From assembly GCA_963757125.1 (NCBI GenBank), contig CAVWQP010000001.1:1942-65941 (forward strand): DNA of 64,000 nt, given 5' to 3'. Position numbers and translations under genes: made by a program. This document shows positions 57,639-64,000 of this stretch, one piece after another; position 1 is the stretch's first letter, and every line of letters starts with the position of its first letter. The notes below the pieces were generated by a model. It searched no databases, was not told the origin of the DNA, and saw only the letters and a program-made list of their open reading frames with translations. This DNA comes from an uncultured Solirubrobacterales bacterium. GTDB lineage: Bacteria; Actinomycetota; Thermoleophilia; Solirubrobacterales; Solirubrobacteraceae.

Positions 57639-57992
57639 ATGCACTACCTGCTCACGCTCACCTTCCGTCCCGGCGAGGGCCCTCAGGAGGGCACGCCCGA
57701 GTTCGACGCGGAGATGGCGCGCTGGGGCGCGCTGAACCAGGAGATGCGCCAGGCCGGCGTCGCGGTCGGCGCCAGCGGGCTGCACGTCGACGCCACGACG
57801 ACCGTCCGCACGAAGAGCGGCGAGGTCGTCGTGACCGACGGCCCGTACGCGGAGACGAAGGAGACGCTCTTCTCCTTCTACATCATCGACGTCGAGGACC
57901 TCGACGCCGCCACGGCGTGGGCCGCACGGATGCCTGCGGCCGAGTACGGCTCGATCGAGGTGCACCCGATGGTGCACTTCGAGTTCGCGTGA
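57639..57992 (+). CDS. YciI-family (DGPF domain) protein
   Basis: VVTDGPYAETKETLFSFYIIDVEDLDAATAWAARMP. It is the typical partner gene of the following sigma factor type. Confidence 0.85.
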   Translation: MHYLLTLTFRPGEGPQEGTPEFDAEMARWGALNQEMRQAGVAVGASGLHVDATTTVRTKSGEVVVTDGPYAETKETLFSFYIIDVEDLDAATAWAARMPAAEYGSIEVHPMVHFEFA

Positions 57993-59212
57993 CCGACGCC
58001 GCCCGCGCGCTCGAGGAGGCGTTCCGCACCGAGCGCGCGGCGGTCCTCGCGACGATCACGCGCCGCCTCGGCGGCGACCTCGCGCTCGCCGAGGACGTCG
58101 TGCAGGACGCGTTCGTGGCCGCGGCGGTCGACTGGGACCGCCGCGGCGCGCCGGACAGCCCCGGCGCGTGGCTGACGACGACGGCGTGGCGCCGCGCGCT
58201 GGACCGGCTGCGCCACGAGCGCATCGCGGCCGCGCACATGCCCGAGCTCGTGCAGGAGGAGGTGGACGCCATGGAGCTGGACCTCGACCGCTCGTCCCTG
58301 GAGGACGACGCGCTGCGCATGATCTTCACGTGCTGCCACCCCGCGCTGGCGGCCGAGGCGCGGATGGCGCTGACGCTGCGCAGCGTCGGCGGCCTGACGG
58401 TCCCCGAGATCGCGCGCGCGTTCCTGTCGACCGAGACGGCGATGGAGCGACGACTCACGCGCGCGCGCCGCAAGGTCACCGACGCCCGCATCCCCTTCCG
58501 CGTCCCACCCGACGAGTTGCTCGCCGAGCGCCTGGCCGGCGTGCTGCGGATCGTCTCGCTGATCTACACCGAGGGCCACACGGCGACCCGCGGCCCCGTC
58601 GCGGTCCGCGGCGATCTCTGCGAGGAGGCGATCCGGCTCGCGCGGCTGCTCGCGGTGCTCATGCCCGACGAGCGCGAGGCGCTCGGCCTGCTCGCGCTCC
58701 TGCTGCTGACGGACGCGCGGCGGTCCGCGCGCCTCGCCCCCGACGGCGCGCTGATCTCGCTGAGCGAGCAGGACCGCACGCGGTGGGACGGCGAGGCGAT
58801 CGGGGACGGGCTCGCCGTCGTCGATCGCGCGATGCGGCTCGGGCCCGGCCCCTACGTCATCCAGGCCGCGATCGCCGCGCTGCACGCGCAGGCGCCCGAC
58901 TTCGCCTCCACAGACTGGCCGCAGATCGCCGGGCTCTACGCCGAGCTGGAGCGCCACGACCGCTCACCGGTCGTGACCGTCAACCGCGCCATCGCCGTCT
59001 CCCACGCCGAGGACGCCGCACGCGGGCCTGGCGGTCCTCGACGGCATCGCCGACGACCGCCGGCTCGACCGCTACGGCCCGCTGGCCGCCGCGCGCGCCG
59101 ACCTGCTGCGCCGCACCGGCGACGCCGAGGGGGCGGACACGGCGTACGCTCGCGCCATCGAGCTGAGTTCGAACCCAGCGGAGCGCGCGGCGCTCGCGCG
59201 GCAGCGCCGTGA
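57989..59212 (+). CDS. ECF-type sigma factor with C-terminal extension (COG4941-like), C-terminus frameshifted near 59024
   Basis: GTGA overlap with yciI. Sigma regions are present ([48 protein letters not shown]). After ...[14 protein letters not shown] the ORF turns Arg/Pro-rich. The conserved tail [63 protein letters not shown] lies in the next frame. Confidence 0.75.
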   Translation: MTDAARALEEAFRTERAAVLATITRRLGGDLALAEDVVQDAFVAAAVDWDRRGAPDSPGAWLTTTAWRRALDRLRHERIAAAHMPELVQEEVDAMELDLDRSSLEDDALRMIFTCCHPALAAEARMALTLRSVGGLTVPEIARAFLSTETAMERRLTRARRKVTDARIPFRVPPDELLAERLAGVLRIVSLIYTEGHTATRGPVAVRGDLCEEAIRLARLLAVLMPDEREALGLLALLLLTDARRSARLAPDGALISLSEQDRTRWDGEAIGDGLAVVDRAMRLGPGPYVIQAAIAALHAQAPDFASTDWPQIAGLYAELERHDRSPVVTVNRAIAVSHAEDAARGPGGPRRHRRRPPARPLRPAGRRARRPAAPHRRRRGGGHGVRSRHRAEFEPSGARGARAAAP

Positions 59213-59222
59213 GGCGGAATCC

Positions 59223-61787
59223 GTGACGGAGGCAGCGTCGGCCGATCACGCGATCCGCACACCGGACCAGCGTCTGCGTGTGTTCGTGAGCTCGACGCTC
59301 GCCGAGCTCGCCGACGAGCGTGCCGCCGTGGCCCGAGCCGTCTCGGCCCTCCGGCTCACGCCTGTGCTGTTCGAGCTGGGTGCCCGGCCCCACCCACCGC
59401 GCGAGCTGTACCGCGCCTACCTCGCGCAGTCAGACGTCTTCGTCGGCCTGTATTGGCAGCGGTACGGCTGGGTCGGGCCGGGCATGGACATCTCGGGACT
59501 CGAGGACGAGTTCCGGCTGTCCCACGCGATCCCCCGGCTGCTGTACGTCAAGGCGCCCGCGCCCGACCGGGAGCCCGGCCTGACGGCGATGATCGACGAA
59601 CTCCAGAGACAGGGGACCGACTCCTACCGCACCTTCCACACGCCGGAGGAGCTGGGCCGGCTCGTGCAAGACGACCTGGCCCTGCTGCTGAGCGAACGAT
59701 TCGCGGGCAGCCGGACCGAGCATCCGCCGCCGTCTCCTGACGACAACCAGCGGCGACCACGCTCGCTGCCCGTGCCCGCGACGGCCTTGATCGGGCGCGA
59801 GGCCGACGTCGCCGCGGTGTCGGAGCTGCTCGCCAGGCCGGACGTCCGCCTCGTCACGCTCACCGGCCCCGGCGGCATCGGCAAGACGCGCCTGGCGATC
59901 GCCGTGGGCGAGCGGCTGGACGATCGCTCGCCCCGGGGGACGCTGTTCGTGCCGCTGGCATCGGTCGCCCGACCCGAGCTCGTGCTGACCCACATCGCGG
60001 ACGCAGCAGGCCTGATCGTCGATGGTGGGCGCCCGCCCGTCGACGCCCTGGCCGACGCGTTCGCGGACACGCCCGCGCTGCTCGTCCTGGACAACCTCGA
60101 GCAGGTCGTGGACGTCGCGCCAGATCTCGACGTGCTGCTGGGCCGCTGCCCGGCGCTCGACATCCTCGCGACGAGCCGCACCGTGCTGCGGCTCCGGGCG
60201 GAGCGCGAGTACGCCGTCGGTCCGCTGGCGTCATCGCCCGCCGTCGCGTTGTTCGTGGATCGGGCCCAGGCGGTCCGCCGCGACTTCGCGCTGACCGACG
60301 ACAACGCACCCGCGATCGCGGAGATCTGCCGGCGCCTCGACGGCCTGCCGCTTGCCATCGAGCTCGCAGCGGCCCGCGTTCGGGTGCTCGAGCCGGTCGC
60401 GTTGCTCGCGCGGCTCGGGAGTCGCCTGGATGCATTGGGTGCCGGACCGGTCGACCTCCCCGAGCGTCAGCGCACGATGCGCGCTACGGTGCAGTGGAGC
60501 GTCGGGCTCCTCGACGAGCACGAGGCGGGCATGCTGGCCTCCCTGTCGATCTTCGTCGACGGCTGGACGATCGAGGCCGCCTCGCACGTCGCCGGGCTGA
60601 CGGAGGACGGGACACTCGACCTGCTCGACCTCCTCGCGGGGCACAGCCTGGTGGGCTTCGAGGCGACCGACGCCGGGCCCAGATTCCGCATGCTCACCGC
60701 CGTCCGCGAGCTCGCCGCCGAGCTGCTTGCCGGCGGTGAGGACCACGCGGAGGTCGAGCGGCGCCACGCTGAGTACTTCGGCGCGCTCGTGGAGCAGGGC
60801 GACGGAACCCCGCAGCGCGCCGATTGGGCCGCGCGGCTGCGGACCGAGGCCGAGAACCTCGGGGTCGCGATCCGATGGTTCTTCGCGCACGACATCGCGC
60901 CCCTCCCGCACATGTTCCTCGTCCTATGCCGGCACGACCTCCACGCCCGGCTGTTCTGGCAGGCAGCCGACCGCGCGCCCGAGGGCCGGGTCTGGATCGA
61001 GGAGATCCTGCTCCGGGCCCATGCCCTGGAGCCGCGCGTCCAGGCCGAGCTGCTGCTGATCTCGGCAGTGACGGGCGTCGAGGTCGGCGACGACGACAGC
61101 GCGCGTGCCGCGGTCGAGGCGATCGAGCGACTCTCGGGTCGCATCGACGAGCCGCATCTGGTGAACGCCGCGCAGCTCGCCCGCTCCTGGATGCTGCCGC
61201 TCGCGGACGACGTCGGTGGCGCTCTGCAGGCCGCGTCGACGGCGCTGGATGGCTTCCGGGAGGGGGGCGATCCGCTGCTGGCGTGGGCGGCGCTGATCGT
61301 CGGTCTGCTGGAGATGACGCTGAGCCGAGACGAGGACGCGCGGACACATCTCGCCGAGGCCGACGAGCGCGGCGGCGATCTCGGCAGCCGATGGCTCCAG
61401 CCGGTCGCCCGGATGCAGCTCGCCTCGCTGGCCGCGCGAGCGGGCCGGCTCGACGAGGCGCGTGACCGTCTCTCAGCGTCGCTGCAGTCGGCTGACGGCT
61501 CTGAGCCCAGCACTCAGGCGGTGACGTTCGCGCTCGTCGCCGACGCCGAGCTCGCTCTGGCCGAAGGCGACGCTCGACAGGCGGCGACGGCCCTGGGCGC
61601 GGTGGACGGGCTGCGCCGGAGCACGGGACTGCGGGCGTGGCCGGCGATGCGGCGCGGCGAGGCCGACCTCGCGATCCGGGTGTCGCAGGCCGTCGACCCT
61701 CACGGCTACGAGGAGGCCTTCGCCGCCGGAGCCGAGCTCGATCAACGCGAGGCGGTCGCCTCCATGTCGCGGACGCGCCCGCGGTAG
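59223..61787 (+). CDS. STAND NTPase: N-terminal DUF4062 (TIR-like) domain, NB-ARC ATPase, C-terminal helical (TPR-like) repeats
   Basis: The DUF4062 signature reads [22 protein letters not shown]...FELGARP...[18 protein letters not shown] motifs are Walker [12 protein letters not shown], Walker [18 protein letters not shown] and [10 protein letters not shown]. About 450 aa of Ala/Leu-rich helical repeats follow. Confidence 0.85.
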   Translation: MTEAASADHAIRTPDQRLRVFVSSTLAELADERAAVARAVSALRLTPVLFELGARPHPPRELYRAYLAQSDVFVGLYWQRYGWVGPGMDISGLEDEFRLSHAIPRLLYVKAPAPDREPGLTAMIDELQRQGTDSYRTFHTPEELGRLVQDDLALLLSERFAGSRTEHPPPSPDDNQRRPRSLPVPATALIGREADVAAVSELLARPDVRLVTLTGPGGIGKTRLAIAVGERLDDRSPRGTLFVPLASVARPELVLTHIADAAGLIVDGGRPPVDALADAFADTPALLVLDNLEQVVDVAPDLDVLLGRCPALDILATSRTVLRLRAEREYAVGPLASSPAVALFVDRAQAVRRDFALTDDNAPAIAEICRRLDGLPLAIELAAARVRVLEPVALLARLGSRLDALGAGPVDLPERQRTMRATVQWSVGLLDEHEAGMLASLSIFVDGWTIEAASHVAGLTEDGTLDLLDLLAGHSLVGFEATDAGPRFRMLTAVRELAAELLAGGEDHAEVERRHAEYFGALVEQGDGTPQRADWAARLRTEAENLGVAIRWFFAHDIAPLPHMFLVLCRHDLHARLFWQAADRAPEGRVWIEEILLRAHALEPRVQAELLLISAVTGVEVGDDDSARAAVEAIERLSGRIDEPHLVNAAQLARSWMLPLADDVGGALQAASTALDGFREGGDPLLAWAALIVGLLEMTLSRDEDARTHLAEADERGGDLGSRWLQPVARMQLASLAARAGRLDEARDRLSASLQSADGSEPSTQAVTFALVADAELALAEGDARQAATALGAVDGLRRSTGLRAWPAMRRGEADLAIRVSQAVDPHGYEEAFAAGAELDQREAVASMSRTRPR

Positions 61788-62095
61788 GCCTCGTGGCCGC
61801 GGCTGCTCTCGGCCGCTGCGACCCGCACGACCCCGACGTCGGCGCCCACGCGGCCGCAGGCGTCCGCGAGCGTCGCCGCTCCGGCTGCGATCGCGGCGAA
61901 CTGCGAGGGCGCCCAGACGGGCAGCGAGACCTCCAGCCAGCGACCGTCCTCGCGGGCGACCTGGGTGGGATACGGCTCGGTCTCGTCGCAGCCGTACGCG
62001 ACGAGCGCGTCGAAGATCCGCTGGGCGCAACCCGCGTCCGGGTTCGTCACCTCGAGCTCGACCTCGACGATCCAGGTGTGGTGGAACGTCGTCAT
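61742..62095 (-). CDS. Hypothetical 117-aa protein
   Basis: ATG 62095 gives [22 protein letters not shown]..., with very high GC3. It overlaps the STAND gene 3' end by 46 nt (convergent). Confidence 0.5.
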   Translation of the reverse strand: MTTFHHTWIVEVELEVTNPDAGCAQRIFDALVAYGCDETEPYPTQVAREDGRWLEVSLPVWAPSQFAAIAAGAATLADACGRVGADVGVVRVAAAESSRGHEAYRGRVRDMEATASR

Positions 62096-62257
62096 GGCTT
62101 GATGGTGCCAGGTAGGCGCGGGTGGTTCACGGGCAGTCCGGGAAGCGGTCCGACGACGGGCACGCGACGGCCAGCCTTCCTGTGCCACCCGGATGGATAG
62201 AAGAGCCGGATCCGGGCTCAAGGTGCCCGACGTGCCTGCCGATGGCTGCCGGACCGC

Positions 62258-63610
62258 GTGGCTCCCAACACACGGACATGGACGGAGGCCCACGTCCGCC
62301 GCCTCTTCTGGCGAGCGGGTTTCGGCCCCACACCGAAGGAGGTCCGGCACTGGACGCGTGCCGGCCGATCTCGAGCGATCGCGCATGTCGTGCACGGTCC
62401 GAAGGGCGGCGCGTCGCTGCTCGGCCCGCGCCCGATGGTCAAGGGCAAGCCGATCGACCCGCTCAACGAGTACGGCCACGACGTCCTGTGGTGGCTCGAC
62501 CGGATGGTCCGCACGACGTGGCCGCTGCAGGAGAAGCTCACGCTCTTCTGGCACGACCACTTCGCCACGCGCGATCAGGACACGCCGCTCATGCTGCGCC
62601 AGAACCGGATGCTGCGCCAGTACGGCATGGGCTCCTTCCGGCGCCTGCTGCGGCAGGTCACGCGCGACCCGGCGATGCAGCTCTTCCTCTCGCTCGCCGA
62701 CTCCCACAAGGACTCGCCGAACGAGAACTACGCCCGCGAGCTCATGGAGCTCTTCACGCTCGCGGCCGGCTACGACGAGCGCGACGTCCGCGAGGCCGCC
62801 CGCGCGCTGACCGGCTGGCGCGTCTCGCGCCGCGACGGCCAGGTGAACGGCACCTGGTTCGACAAGGAGCGCTACGACGACGGCGCCAAGCGGCTCCTCG
62901 GCCACCGCGGTCGCTTCGGCACGCAGGAGGTGCTCGACATCGTCGTCGAGAAGCCGCGCCACGCGCCGTTCCTCGTGTCCAAGCTCTGGGACTTCTTCAT
63001 CACCGAGCCGCTCGACAAGGGCACGAAGCGCGCGCTCGTGCGCACCTACCGCGGCAGCGGCCTGCGGATCCTGCCCGTCGTCGAGGAGATCCTGAGCAAC
63101 CGCGCGCTGTACGCGCACCTCGCCCACCCGGACATGGTCAAGAGCCCGGTCGTCTTCCTGGCCGGCGCGCTGCGCGGGGCGCGCGCGCCGATCACGATGG
63201 ACAGCTACACCTACCTGCTCGGGAACATGGGGCAGACGCCGTTCCGCCCGCCGAGCGTCGCGGGCTGGGACTGGGGCACGACGTGGCTGACCAGCGGCAC
63301 GATCAAGGCCCGCCTCGACGTCGCCAACAACCTCATCGGCTGGGGCGACGACGCGCCGCTGCACATCGGGGACCTGGCGGGCAGGCCCGACCTCAAGCCG
63401 CGCGAGCAGGTCGAGCTTGCCCAGCGGGCCCTCGGCTCGCCGTGGATCTCCGACGCGACCCGCCAGATCCTCACCAACGTCGCCGCGCACTACTTCGACG
63501 ACCTCACCAAGCCCTGGCAGCAGGACGAGGAGAAGGTCAAGCGCGCGGCGATGCTGCAGCGCACCCTGCGCAACCTCATGCTCTCCGGCCCCGACGCCCA
63601 CCTGCACTAG
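62258..63610 (+). CDS. DUF1800 family protein
   Basis: LFWHDHFAT, NENYARELMELFTLG-like (NENYARELMELFTLAAG), ARALTGW. It is the usual partner of DUF1501. Confidence 0.85.
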   Translation: MAPNTRTWTEAHVRRLFWRAGFGPTPKEVRHWTRAGRSRAIAHVVHGPKGGASLLGPRPMVKGKPIDPLNEYGHDVLWWLDRMVRTTWPLQEKLTLFWHDHFATRDQDTPLMLRQNRMLRQYGMGSFRRLLRQVTRDPAMQLFLSLADSHKDSPNENYARELMELFTLAAGYDERDVREAARALTGWRVSRRDGQVNGTWFDKERYDDGAKRLLGHRGRFGTQEVLDIVVEKPRHAPFLVSKLWDFFITEPLDKGTKRALVRTYRGSGLRILPVVEEILSNRALYAHLAHPDMVKSPVVFLAGALRGARAPITMDSYTYLLGNMGQTPFRPPSVAGWDWGTTWLTSGTIKARLDVANNLIGWGDDAPLHIGDLAGRPDLKPREQVELAQRALGSPWISDATRQILTNVAAHYFDDLTKPWQQDEEKVKRAAMLQRTLRNLMLSGPDAHLH

Positions 63611-63618
63611 AGACCTTC

Positions 63619-64000
63619 ATGCCCCGAGACCCGTTCAAGAAGGGCTGCGAGGAGTTCCGCAGCACGCGCCGCCCGATGCTGAACCCCGACATGAGCCGGC
63701 GCCAGATGCTCCTCGGCGGGCTCGGCCTCGGGCTGTCGCTCTACACGGCGAAGGCGATGTCCTTCGACCGCGTCCTGGAGACCGCGCACGCCCAGGCGGC
63801 CGCCGCGCCGAACGCGCCGATCCTCGTCAACGTCTTCCTGCCCGGCGGGTGCGACCTGCTGTCGACGCTCACGCCGCTGTGGCAGGCCGGCCCGCTCAAC
63901 GACCTGCGCAAGACGCTCGGGCCGATCGACACGCCGCCCGTCGGCTCCAGCGGCCTCGGGCTGCACCCCAGCCTCTCCGACGGCGTCAACGGCGGCGTCC
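63619..64000 (+). CDS. DUF1501 family protein with Tat signal (3' partial, runs out of window)
   Basis: Twin-arginine signal SRRQMLLGGLGLGLSL, then ILVNVFLPGGCD, typical of DUF1501. The ORF is open to nt 64000. Confidence 0.8.
   Translation, partial: MPRDPFKKGCEEFRSTRRPMLNPDMSRRQMLLGGLGLGLSLYTAKAMSFDRVLETAHAQAAAAPNAPILVNVFLPGGCDLLSTLTPLWQAGPLNDLRKTLGPIDTPPVGSSGLGLHPSLSDGVNGGV

Noticed and set aside
54557-57640. Upstream ~1000 codons of the 1276-aa minus-strand ORF 53810..57640
   Set aside because: This part is antisense to the large secreted-protein gene, is Arg/Gly/Asp-rich and has no motifs. The real gene is the NmrA-like protein starting at 54556.

Overview
Very GC-rich, gene-dense chromosomal segment with an actinobacterial flavour. 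My guess of Solirubrobacterales/Conexibacter-like comes from protein style only and has low confidence. I support about 75 protein genes, two tRNAs (Thr-GGT, Tyr-GTA), one tRNA 3' fragment, and a few hairpins and promoter-like motifs. I see no rRNA and no CRISPR array. Content is mostly housekeeping and accessory: principal sigma factor rpoD, folE2, clpP, tatA, pfk, TrpB2, an aminotransferase. There are also two MMPL transporters, an MFS exporter, an ABC-2 exporter, three ECF sigma modules, four histidine kinases, several VOC/cupin/hydrolase genes and many secreted hypotheticals. Five things stand out. (1) nt ~600-5550 is a decayed region ending at tRNA-Thr. It holds a degenerate integrase running into the tRNA, an IS3 OrfA stub, an orphan tRNA 3' fragment with its terminator hairpin, and broken ArsR, CDF, ABC and sensor-kinase genes. 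(2) A DUF4062 / NB-ARC / helical-repeat STAND NTPase lies at 59223..61787. Just upstream is an ECF sigma gene whose conserved C-terminus sits in a shifted frame, and that frame runs without a stop into the STAND gene. (3) A SigK/RskA/fasciclin-type module has the same AACC-N16-CGTAC motif upstream of both divergent transcription units. (4) An HD-GYP protein (HD dyad reads CD) sits beside a PilZ protein. (5) The window has an unusually high number of gene lesions: frameshifts, one nonsense codon, two genes with no canonical start, one gene with no stop, and in-frame internal deletions. All calls come from reading the supplied ORF translations and the sequence by eye. Start codons are approximate, family names are from recollection of motifs, and no database search or computation was run.
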